A stretch of 64,000 bases of DNA. Origin: an uncultured Actinomycetes bacterium. GTDB taxonomy: Bacteria > Actinomycetota > Thermoleophilia > RBG-16-64-13. The notes under the pieces were generated by a model that was not told where the DNA came from, searched no databases, and was given only the letters and a program-made list of their open reading frames with translations. The position numbers and the translations under genes are program-made. Below are positions 11,015 through 19,964 of the stretch, one piece after another (positions within the stretch are counted from its first letter, which is position 1; each line of letters opens with the position of its first letter). The stretch lies in contig CAVQME010000001.1 in NCBI GenBank assembly GCA_963713545.1, positions 24,540-88,539 on the forward strand, given 5' to 3'.

Positions 11015-11133
11015 TCAGCTCCCCAGGGTAAACGTCATGGCGCGAGAGACCTCGGCTTCAGCGTGCCGATTATCGCACGCCGGTCATCGGTCGCGCGCTG
11101 TTCGCTGGGACCACACGGGTCCCATCAAGACGC

Positions 11134-11367
11134 TCAGCTGAAGCCCGACCGAGGCGTGCAACTACTCTGAGGCACGCATCTGCCGGTGTCCACGCACGAC
11201 GGAGAAGAAGGTCCAAAGCCGAGCACACCGCCGAACCCGGTGAAACGCTGTTCCACTTCGCGGCCGCCACAATCAGGGCACACCTTAGCTTCCTCCTTGA
11301 GAAAGCCGAGGACGAACACCTCGAACTCGTTGCCGCACGAGCGGCACTTCAGATCATAGGAAGCCAT
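11134..11367 (-). CDS. FmdB-family zinc-ribbon protein
   Basis: MASYDLKCRSCGNEFEVFV...VCPDCGG is the CxxC...CxxC zinc-ribbon signature. I prefer the internal ATG at 11367 over the track start at 11436. Confidence 0.75.
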   Translation of the reverse strand: MASYDLKCRSCGNEFEVFVLGFLKEEAKVCPDCGGREVEQRFTGFGGVLGFGPSSPSCVDTGRCVPQSSCTPRSGFS

Positions 11368-11723
11368 CAGCCACCGTCTCCCTCGTCGCCGGCGAAGGGC
11401 GCAACGCCCATGTCGGCAAGCTGGTCTTCGACCCAATACATACTGATCGAGGCCGGAGTCTTGATCTCGTCTCCCACTAGTACCAGCGGGGCTCCGTGGC
11501 CTTCGGCCACCGCTCCGGCCAATACCGGGAAGTCGACGAGATCGGGATCCTCCACATCGACGTAGCGCAGGGGCCCGTCGTTCCCCATCCTGGCGCCCAG
11601 ATCCCGGTTCAGATAACCGACTATCTCCTCCAGAGATAGAGCAGGACGTCAGCCACCGCCTCTCCGCAGGGCATCCATGCGTCTCGAGCCCATCAACACC
11701 AGGTGGGCCGTGGAATCACTCAT
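11367..11723 (-). CDS. ArsD/YuzD-like thioredoxin-fold protein with in-frame TGA (candidate selenoprotein)
   Basis: The track ORF (11367-11588) holds only the C-terminal half (RYVDVEDP...APLVLVGDEIKTP...). The same frame continues upstream through TGA at 11651-11649 to ATG at 11723. It reads MSDSTAHLVLMGSRRMDALRRGGG[TGA]RPALSLEEIVGYLNRDLGARMGNDG. From memory of YuzD (CASC...) and ArsD (GVCG) sequences, the TGA sits where their active Cys lies. Total 118 codons. It starts 37 nt after the trxA stop. Confidence 0.5.
11621..11639 (-). other. Candidate bacterial SECIS-like hairpin downstream of the ArsD/YuzD-like UGA
   Basis: On the mRNA: CUAUCUC-UGGAG-GAGAUAG, a 7-bp perfect stem with a GG-containing loop. 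It starts 9 nt after the UGA, close to the spacing I recall for the E. coli fdhF SECIS. Confidence 0.4.
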
Positions 11724-11760
11724 AGAATCGCTTCTCACTTTCACCACTCGAGCTCGCGGC

Positions 11761-12087
11761 CTAGGCCAGCCCGAACTCCTTCTCGTAGTCTTTCTGGCTG
11801 CGGGCGCCGATCAGCTGGGTCTTCAACTGCCCGCCGTCGAACAAGATGACCGTGGGTATGCTCATGATCCCGTAGCGCGCCGCCAGCTCTTGGTTGCTGT
11901 CGACGTTGACCTTGAGCACCGTCACCTTCTCGGGGTGATCGGAAGCCAGCTTCTCCAAGACCGGACCCACCATGCGGCAGGGACCGCACCAGGGCGCCCA
12001 GAAATCCACCACCACAGGCACGGTGGACGTAGATACGACATCGTCGAACTGCTTGACGTCCACTTCCTGCACGCTGCCATCACTCAT
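11761..12087 (-). CDS. trxA: Thioredoxin
   Basis: VVVDFWAPWCGPCRMVGPVLE is the canonical WCGPC site. I prefer ATG at 12087, preceded by AAGGAG, over the track start at 12198. Confidence 0.93.
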   Translation of the reverse strand: MSDGSVQEVDVKQFDDVVSTSTVPVVVDFWAPWCGPCRMVGPVLEKLASDHPEKVTVLKVNVDSNQELAARYGIMSIPTVILFDGGQLKTQLIGARSQKDYEKEFGLA

Positions 12088-12201
12088 CTCAATCTCCTTG
12101 CTGTTGTGGGCCGGCCCACCGACCCCCCGTAGTATATGGTATCCGACCGGGCGGCCCGACCACCTGCTGCCCTCGACCGCCGGATCCTTCTTGAGCACCT
12201 G

Positions 12202-12225
12202 TAATATACCCAGTGGGGTATATTA
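12202..12225. promoter_or_regulatory. AT-rich perfect palindrome in the divergent trxA / MBL-hydrolase promoter region (candidate operator or paired -10 elements)
   Basis: TAATATACCC-AGTG-GGGTATATTA gives 10-bp perfect arms. Each strand presents TATATT. Confidence 0.45.
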
Positions 12226-12400
12226 GCACACATGCCGATCCGGTGGCACTTGAAGGGACCGAGCGCAGAGGCACCGCCCCGGGCCGCATCTCGTCCAGGT
12301 TGTTACCCGGTACCCCCATCCGCTAACCTATCTGCCGACGTTGGAGAACCTATCGGTGGATTGACGGCGGATGTCACAGCAGCGAGCGGAGGCGATCGCC

Positions 12401-13057
12401 ATGAGGATCACGTACTTCGGCCATTCTTCCTTCCTAGTCGAGACAGCGGGCGGCGTCCGGGTCATCCTGGATCCCTATAGACACGGGGCTTTCAACGGGG
12501 CGGTCGGATATGCGGCCATCGACGAACCGGCCGATGTGGTGGTGGCTTCCCACGACCATGATGACCACGGGGCCTGCGACACCATCCCCGGCGACCCGAT
12601 CGTGCTCCTGCACCCCACCGGCGAGAGCGTGGGATCGCTCAAGATCACCGGGGTCGACGTGGCCCATGATGAGAGCGGAGGAAGCGAGAGGGGAAAGAAC
12701 ACCATCGCCATCCTCGACGACGGCGACATACGCTTGGTCCACCTGGGGGACCTCGGCCATACCCTCGACTCCGCTACGGTGGAAGCGTTGGGGAGAGTGG
12801 ACGTGCTGCTGGTGCCGGTGGGCGGGTTCTTCACCATCGACCACCAGCAGGCGGCTGAGGTGGTGGAGTCGCTGAGCCCACGCATTGTGATCCCGATGCA
12901 CTATAAGACCAGCAAGATCGATTTCCCCATCGCGGCGGTCGATCCGTTCTTGGCGACGCAGGCCAAAGTCGAGCGGAGCAACGAATCCACTCTCGAGGTG
13001 ACGGCTGCGACGTTGCCCAAGGAGCGACTGACGGCCGTGCTCAGTCGCTGCCGGTAG
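12401..13057 (+). CDS. Metallo-beta-lactamase-fold hydrolase (UPF0173-like)
   Basis: MRITYFGHSSFLVETAGGVRVILDPY...VVASHDHDDHG is the HxHxDH-type motif. The start is either 12371 or, preferred, 12401. Confidence 0.85.
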   Translation: MRITYFGHSSFLVETAGGVRVILDPYRHGAFNGAVGYAAIDEPADVVVASHDHDDHGACDTIPGDPIVLLHPTGESVGSLKITGVDVAHDESGGSERGKNTIAILDDGDIRLVHLGDLGHTLDSATVEALGRVDVLLVPVGGFFTIDHQQAAEVVESLSPRIVIPMHYKTSKIDFPIAAVDPFLATQAKVERSNESTLEVTAATLPKERLTAVLSRCR

Positions 13058-13239
13058 GATCGCGGGTGATCCCGAAGGCGGGCGTTCCGGCGTCTGACCC
13101 GTAACCGAGGGCCGCCCGTGGAAACGGTTTGCCGGCCGGGCGCCGTCCAACGGGTCGCAAGTAGACCAGGGCAATGAACCAGGTTTTTAGACCGAAGTCA
13201 CAGAAAGTCGCCACAACGACGCCGCGGTCGGGAGCGACT

Positions 13240-16155
13240 ATGAGGGAGGGCAGTAGTCATCTCGCCTGAAAAAGAACCACCGGCAGACGGATCGTCGGCA
13301 AAGGCATCGTCGGCAAAGGCCAAGAAGCCTGCCAAGCCTGATAGGCTCCAGCGGATCCTACGCCTCAAACCGGGACCGCTGCGTCGTTTCGTCCTCGTCG
13401 TCGTCATCCTCGCCGTCGTCCTCTTGGTCTTCGGCTTCATCTCCCGCTTCTGGACGGAGTATCTCTGGTTCGACGAGGTGGGGTACACCACGGTGTTCTG
13501 GACGCCGATCGTGGCCAAGGTGTGCGTGGGGCTGTTCTTCGCCGTCATCTTCTTCGGGATCTTCTACGGCAGCCTCTGGCTCGCTCGTAAGATCTCCCCC
13601 GGCTACTAGCCGTGCCCGGAGCCGAAGACGGAGAGATCATCGACCTGGCCGAGCGCCGACGCTGGCCGGGACGGCTGATGCTGATCGTCTCCATCGTCAT
13701 AGCCGTCATCGTCGGCGTCATCTACAGCGGTAGTTGGGAGACGGTGCTCCTGTTCCTCAATCAGGGAGATTTCGGCTATGCCGAACCCCTCTTCGACAAG
13801 GACGCCTCCTTCTTCGTGTTCACCCTGCCCGTGTGGAATATGCTGGTGAACTTCGCCGCGGTCGTCCTACTGTTCACGTTCATCGCCACCGCCTTCACCT
13901 ACGTGGTGGACCGGGCCATGGTGGTGAACGCCCAGAACAAGATCCGGTTGGCTCCGCACGTCAAGGCGCATCTCTCGGTGATCCTGGCCTTGGCCATGGT
14001 GGCCAAAGCAGGAGACTACATGCTGCAGACGTGGGCTCTCGACTACTCCGAGCGAGGGGCGACCTTTGGTGCCAGCTACACGGACGTGAACGCCTCCCTC
14101 CCGGTGCTTCACTTCCTCGCCATCGTGTCCCTGGTCGCCGCCGCCATCTTCTTGGCGAATATCCGCTATAAGGGCTGGAGACTGCCCGCTATCGCAATCA
14201 TCATCATGTTCCTGACCTGGGCGATAGCCGGCAAGGCCTACCCCGCCATCATCCAGCAGTACAGAGTGTCCCCGAACGAGATCGCAGCTGAGACGCCGTA
14301 CATCGCCAACAACATCGAAGCTACCCGCTGGGCCTTCGGGTTGGACGAGGTCACGAAAGTATCTTCCGCCGCCACCACCGACCTGACCGCCGACGACGTG
14401 CGGGCGAACGCCGGTACGATCTCCAACATACGCCTTTGGGAGCCCCGCCCGGCTCTCGACACCTACTCCCAGATCCAGGAGATCCGCCTCTACTACTCTT
14501 TCGTCGATGTCGACGTGGATCGCTACGTCATCGACGGGCAGTACCGCCAAGTGCTGGTGAGCGGACGAGAGCTCGACCAGACCCAGCTCCAAGAGCAATC
14601 CCAGACCTGGGTCAACACGCACTTGAGCTACACCCACGGCTACGGGATGGTGATGAGCCCGGTGAACGAGGCCGGAGGCGACGGGCTCCCTATCCTTCTG
14701 ATAAGCGACATCCCGCCCAAGACCGACACCGACCTGAAGATCACGCGTCCCGAGATCTACTACGGGGAACTCGGCAACGACTTCGTAGTGGTTAAGACCA
14801 CGAGCCCGGAATTCGACTATCCCCAGGGCGATACCAACGTCTCCGCCACCTACCAGGGCCAAGGGGGCGTACCGGTGGGCAGCAAGGTGCGGCAGGCCGC
14901 CTTCGCCTTCCGGTTCGGAGACGCGAAACTGTTCTTCTCGAGCTCCTACACCGAGGAGTCCCGGGTCATGTACCGCCGGACCATCGCGGAGAGGGTGCAG
15001 GCGCTCGCTCCCTTCCTTCAGTACGACAAGGACCCGTATCTGGTGCTCCGGGACGATGGCTCGCTGGTGTGGATGTGGGATGCGTACACCTCCACCGACC
15101 GGTTCCCCTACTCGCAGCCTCGGGCCGATGGGACGAACTACGTGCGCAACCCTATCAAAGTTGTCATCAATGCCTATGACGGCAGTGTCACCTTCTACCA
15201 GATAGACCCCGAAGATCCCCTGGCGAACGCCTGGGGCAAGGTATTCGAAGGGCTGTTCACCCCGGGCGACCAGATGCCGGACGACATCCGCCGGCACATG
15301 CGCTATCCCGAGGACCTGTACAGCGTCCAGGCTGAAGCGCTGACCATCTATCACATGACGGACCCGCAGATCTTCTACAACAAAGAAGACGCCTGGGAGA
15401 TCCCGACGGAGGTCTACGGAACCGAGCAGATCCCGGTCGTGCCCTACTACGAGACATTGGCGTTGCCCGGTTCCACGGATCCGGAATTCGCCCTGCTGCT
15501 GCCGTTCTCCCCGCTGGGCAAGGACAACATGGCCTCTCAGTTGGTAGCGCTTCAGGATGGCGATAACTACGGCAAGCTCGTCTTGATCGACTATCCCAAG
15601 GACAAGCTGGTCTTCGGCCCGGCTCAGGTGGAGGCCCGGATCTCCAACGACCCCGAGATCTCGGCACAGATAACGCTCTGGAGCCAGTCCGGCAGCCAGG
15701 TGATACGCGGCAACCTGCTCGTGATTCCGGTGAACCAGTCGGTCATGTACTTCGAGCCCCTCTACCTGCAGGCTCAGCAGAGTCCCATCCCTGAGCTGAC
15801 AAGGGTGATCGCCAGCTACGGGGACGACGTGGTCATGAAACCGACCTTGGGCGAGGCTCTGGAGGCGATCTTCGGAGAGCCGGTCGGACCCGGGTCGTCC
15901 ACCACGACGACGGGCGGCGGCACCACCACTACGGCGCCGGGCGGCACGACAACGACCACCGGCAGCAGCACGACCACCACGGTCCCGGGCGGCACGACTA
16001 CCACTCTGTCGAGCGACCAGGCCAGGTTGATCGCGCAGGCCAATCAGTACTACCAGGCGGCCCTCGAAGCCCAGCGGCGAGGAGACTGGGCCGAGTACGG
16101 GCTTCAGATCGAGGCGCTGGGAGCGGTGCTGGAGGCACTCGCGGCGCTGGAATAG
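13240..16155 (+). pseudogene. UPF0182-family membrane protein, frame-disrupted as sequenced
   Basis: The N-terminal piece (track 13424-13609) carries the family motif YLWFDEVGYTTVFW and ends ...LARKISPGY-TAG. The remainder (13612-16155) is in the -1 frame, and that frame is open from 13591. A one-base shift at the C5 run 13596-13600 gives ...LARKISPRLLAVPGAEDGE.... The N-terminal frame is open back to 13244 with no ATG, GTG or TTG. ATG at 13240, preceded by GGGAG, would join if one base were removed in GGGAGGG. The C-terminal linker is Thr/Gly-rich. Confidence 0.8.
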
Positions 16156-16281
16156 ACGCGGGAGGGGCGGGCAAGGTCCGACAGGCACGTTTCGAAGGGG
16201 CAGACCGGCGAGGCGCGGTTTGCCGTGACCGCTTTACGGCAATACTCTTCACGGAACAAACTCTCGAGATGAGGTCATGCG

Positions 16282-16755
16282 GTGGAACCTAAGCGCAAAG
16301 ACGATCCCGCCGGCTTGAGGCGGACGCAGAATGATGTCGACAAGATGTTCCTCGACCTGCTGCGGGGGCAACGAGTGCCCCGCTACGGCAAGGCCGCCTT
16401 CCGGCCCAACGCCGATGTCTACTTCGATAAGAACGAGAAGGCGGTCGTGGTCAGGCTGGAACTGCCCGGGATCGATCCGGCTGTGATCGACCTGGAAGTC
16501 GACGAGAACATCCTGCGGGTGAGCGGCACGCGTTCCGACGAGCATCACCCCGAAGCGGTCTATCAGCAGATGGAGATCGTGTATGGTCGCTTCGAGCGCG
16601 CAGTCATGCTGCCGCCCGGAGTCGACGCCGGCAAGGCGTCCGCCAGATACTCCGCCGGGTTCCTCAAGATCGTCCTCCCCATGCGCGCACGTTCAGCGAG
16701 CAAGCGCATCGCCATCAACATGCAGGACGAATGCGAAGGCGGGCAGGAGAGATGA
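16282..16755 (+). CDS. Hsp20/alpha-crystallin small heat-shock protein
   Basis: 157-aa ORF. ADVYFDKNEKAVVVRLELPGIDPAVIDLEVDENILRVSGTR...GRFERAVMLP...A.Y..GFLKIVLP is the alpha-crystallin domain pattern. Confidence 0.9.
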   Translation: MEPKRKDDPAGLRRTQNDVDKMFLDLLRGQRVPRYGKAAFRPNADVYFDKNEKAVVVRLELPGIDPAVIDLEVDENILRVSGTRSDEHHPEAVYQQMEIVYGRFERAVMLPPGVDAGKASARYSAGFLKIVLPMRARSASKRIAINMQDECEGGQER

Positions 16756-19325
16756 CCGCCAGAGACCTTCGCAGGAAACGCTCGACGGAGCCGCTCGACG
16801 AGCCGGATAGCCCCTTCGAAGCAGCTGGGCAGGACTTCGTGATCATCTCCCAGGAACCGATGGACAGCGACCTGGCCCCCACTCCGACCGATCTACCCAT
16901 CTTGCCCCTCAAGGACACGGTGGTATTCCCCGACACAATGATGCCCCTAGCGGTGGGCCAGCCCCGGTCCGTGCGTCTCATCGACGACATCCTGCGCGGC
17001 GATCGGCAGGTGGGTCTCCTCTCTTCCAAAGATGCAGAGATCGAGACCCCGGGCCCAGAGGACGTACACACGGTGGGCGTTCTCGCCAGCATCCAGAAGA
17101 TGATCAAGGCCCCAGACGGGACGTTGCGCATCATCGCGCAGGGGATACGCCGTATCGAGATCGAGAGCTTCACGTCTGAGGAGCCCTACCTCACCGCCAC
17201 GTTCCACGATCTTCCCGATTTGGTCGAGGAGGGAACCGAGCTCGAGGCCCTTCAGCGGAACCTGGTCTCGGTCTACACCAGGATCATCCAGTTGGTCCCC
17301 TACCTGCCGGACGAGCTGGAGATGGCGGCGGCCAACATCGACGACCCGGCCCAACTCGGCTACTTCATCGCGTCGACCATGCGCATCAAGACCGAGGAGA
17401 AGCAGGAGCTGTTGGAGGAAGTCGACGTCTCGAAGCGTTTGCGCCGCCTGACGGCTCTCATGAACAGGGAGCTGGAAGTGTTGGAGCTGGGCTCGAAGAT
17501 CCAAGACCAGGTCCAGTCGGAGATGGACAAGTCCCAGCGGGAGTACGTCCTGCGCCAGCAGCTCAAGGCTATCCAGGAGGAGCTGGGCGAGACCGATGAG
17601 ACCCAGGCCGAGGTCAACGAGCTCCGAGAGCGCATCGACAAGGCCGGCCTCCCCGAGGAGGTCGACAAACAGGCCCGGCGCGAATTGGACCGGCTGGCGA
17701 AACTGCCTCCGGCCGCGGCCGAGTACGGGGTCATTCGCACCTACCTCGACTGGATCGTGTCGCTGCCGTGGTCGGGACTGACCGAGGACAATCTGGACAT
17801 CGGCCACGCGCGAGAGGTGCTGGACGACGACCACTACGACCTGGAAGACGTGAAGGACCGCATCCTCGAGCTCTTGGCGGTGCAGAAGCTGAGGAGCGAG
17901 GTCTCGGGACCCATCCTCTGCTTCGCCGGTCCGCCCGGCGTCGGCAAGACCAGCCTGGGCAAGAGCATCGCTCGGGCGATGGGCAGGAAGTTCATCCGCA
18001 TAAGCGTGGGCGGAGTGCGCGACGAGTCCGAAATACGCGGTCACAGGCGCACCTACGTAGGCGCGATGCCCGGCACCATCATCCGCGCCATCCGCGACGC
18101 CGGCAGCAGCAACCCGGTGTTCATGATCGACGAGATCGACAAGATGGGCTCCGACTGGCGGGGGGATCCATCCAGCGCCATGCTGGAAGTGCTCGATCCC
18201 GAACAGAACGGTACCTTCCGCGACCACTACCTCGATCTGCCGTTCGACCTCTCCCGGGTCATGTTCATTTGCACTGCCAACATGCTCGACACCATCCCCG
18301 GACCTCTGCGCGACCGCATGGAGATCATCTCCATCGCCGGCTACACCGAGGAGGACAAGCTTCACATAGCCCGCCGCTATGTGGTGCCCCGGCAACTGGA
18401 GAGGAACGGCCTCAAGGAAAAGCAGCTCGAGGTCACCGACGACGCCCTGCGCACTGTGATAGAGAACTACACACGGGAGGCGGGGGTCCGCGGGCTCGAG
18501 CGGCAGATAGGCACCATCGCCCGCAAGTTCGCGCGCATAGTGGCGGAAGAAGGCAAGGAGAGCATCACGGTCGACCGGGAACAGGTGGCAGAGTTCCTGG
18601 GCAAGCAGAAGGTCTTCCGCGAGACCAAGCGCCGTACGGCCGATCCGGGCGTCTCGACGGGACTGGCCTGGACTCCGACCGGCGGCGACATCCTGTTCAT
18701 CGAAGCGCGGGCGATGCCGGGCACGGGGCGGCTCATCCTCACGGGGCAACTGGGCGATGTGATGAAGGAGTCGGCCCAGGCCGCGCTGACCTTCATCCGT
18801 AGTGTCTCCGAGCGTCTCGGGGCAGGCAGCGAGTTCTTCCAGAAGCACGACATCCACGTGCACGTGCCGGCCGGCGCGGTGCCCAAGGACGGCCCCTCGG
18901 CCGGCGTGGCTATGGCCATCGCACTGGCCAGCATGGTGTCTGGGCGAGCGGTCGACCCCAACGTGGCCATGACCGGCGAGGTGACCCTCACCGGGCAGGT
19001 GCTGCCGGTCGGCGGTATCAAGGAGAAGGTGCTGGCAGCCCGGGCGGCCGGGATCACGCGCGTGTTCCTTCCCGACCGCAATGAGGCCGACGTGAGCGAG
19101 ATCCGGGGCGAGGACCTGCTCGAGGGTCTGGACTTCGTCTACGTGGACCACGTCGGTACCGTCCTCGACCAGATCCTCGCTTCGCCCAAGAAGGCCCGCC
19201 GCCCCCGCGCGACTGTAAGTGCGAAGAACGGCGGGAAACCCCCTTCGGGCGATGGCCGGTCGAGCGCGAAGAGGGCACGGCCGAAGCCGGTCGGAGCCGG
19301 AAGAGATGGGGGAAAAGGCAGATAG
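16752..19325 (+). CDS. lon: ATP-dependent Lon protease
   Basis: LON N-domain (LPILPLKDTVVFPDTMMPLAVGQ), AAA+ Walker A GPPGVGKTS and protease-domain PKDGPSAGVAM with the catalytic Ser. I prefer ATG at 16752, which overlaps the hsp20 stop (ATGA) and follows GGCAGGAGAG. Confidence 0.96.
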   Translation: MTARDLRRKRSTEPLDEPDSPFEAAGQDFVIISQEPMDSDLAPTPTDLPILPLKDTVVFPDTMMPLAVGQPRSVRLIDDILRGDRQVGLLSSKDAEIETPGPEDVHTVGVLASIQKMIKAPDGTLRIIAQGIRRIEIESFTSEEPYLTATFHDLPDLVEEGTELEALQRNLVSVYTRIIQLVPYLPDELEMAAANIDDPAQLGYFIASTMRIKTEEKQELLEEVDVSKRLRRLTALMNRELEVLELGSKIQDQVQSEMDKSQREYVLRQQLKAIQEELGETDETQAEVNELRERIDKAGLPEEVDKQARRELDRLAKLPPAAAEYGVIRTYLDWIVSLPWSGLTEDNLDIGHAREVLDDDHYDLEDVKDRILELLAVQKLRSEVSGPILCFAGPPGVGKTSLGKSIARAMGRKFIRISVGGVRDESEIRGHRRTYVGAMPGTIIRAIRDAGSSNPVFMIDEIDKMGSDWRGDPSSAMLEVLDPEQNGTFRDHYLDLPFDLSRVMFICTANMLDTIPGPLRDRMEIISIAGYTEEDKLHIARRYVVPRQLERNGLKEKQLEVTDDALRTVIENYTREAGVRGLERQIGTIARKFARIVAEEGKESITVDREQVAEFLGKQKVFRETKRRTADPGVSTGLAWTPTGGDILFIEARAMPGTGRLILTGQLGDVMKESAQAALTFIRSVSERLGAGSEFFQKHDIHVHVPAGAVPKDGPSAGVAMAIALASMVSGRAVDPNVAMTGEVTLTGQVLPVGGIKEKVLAARAAGITRVFLPDRNEADVSEIRGEDLLEGLDFVYVDHVGTVLDQILASPKKARRPRATVSAKNGGKPPSGDGRSSAKRARPKPVGAGRDGGKGR

Positions 19326-19434
19326 TCGGAGGCCGGCGAGCAGGTCGTCGCCCGGTGGGATGCCTGCGGGCGACACGCTGCTCGGCGGGCCGCCGCACGT
19401 CGGCCCGCCGCCGGATGACCTGCCGGAGATCGCC

Positions 19435-19946
19435 ATGCGACCGGCCTGGGTGTCACGAGACAGGATAGGTGCCTACCAGGAACTGGAGCACCCGGCCGAC
19501 CTGCTCCTGCAGATCACCGGCCCCGACCTGGCCGCCCTCTTCGAGAACGCCCTGTTCGCCTTCTATGACCAGGTAGCGGAACTGGGTGGGTTCAGAGCGG
19601 ACCGTGAGGTGGTCATCACCGTATGGGGCGCATCGCCGAGCGACGGCCTGCGCGAGCTTCTGAACGAGGCATTGTTCCGGTTCGAGACGGAGCGGTTCGT
19701 GGCTGTCGGCGCCCGGGTGACGATCGAGAGCCCACGTTCCCTGAAGGCACGGAGCCTGCGGAGGGAGAGAGCGGGGCCGAGCCTGGGGCCGGCGGGGTCA
19801 CCGCGGTCGCGCGCTTGTGGGGGGAGGACGCGACCCGAGACCGACACACCCTCGGCGCCGAGATCAAAGCAGTCACATACCACCGACTGGCTCTCGAGCG
19901 AACGCCCGACGGGACCTACCGGGCCACAGTGCTGTTCGATGTCTAA
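19435..19946 (+). pseudogene. Archease (RtcB activator), frame-disrupted as sequenced
   Basis: The N-terminal half in the frame of track ORF 19219-19992 reads YQELEHPADLLLQITGPDLAALFENALFAFYDQV. The conserved C-terminus GAEIKAVTYHRLALERTPDGTYRATVLFDV-stop is in the -1 frame (track ORF 19623-19946). The switch point is around 19720-19760. It lies directly upstream of rtcB. Confidence 0.8.
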
Positions 19947-19964
19947 GGAGGTGGGGGACAACGC

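Noticed and set aside
16156-16281. CIRCE or HAIR heat-shock operators upstream of hsp20
   Set aside because: Neither consensus (TTAGCACTC-N9-GAGTGCTAA or CTTGAGT-N7-ACTCAAG) is present. Only an unrelated 7-bp inverted repeat was found, and it is reported separately at low interest.
13867-19436. Very long minus-strand ORFs (13867-16188 at 773 aa and 16947-19436 at 829 aa) opposite UPF0182 and lon
   Set aside because: These are low-complexity R/G/P/D/H-rich translations with no recognisable motifs. The opposite strand carries unambiguous family signatures.
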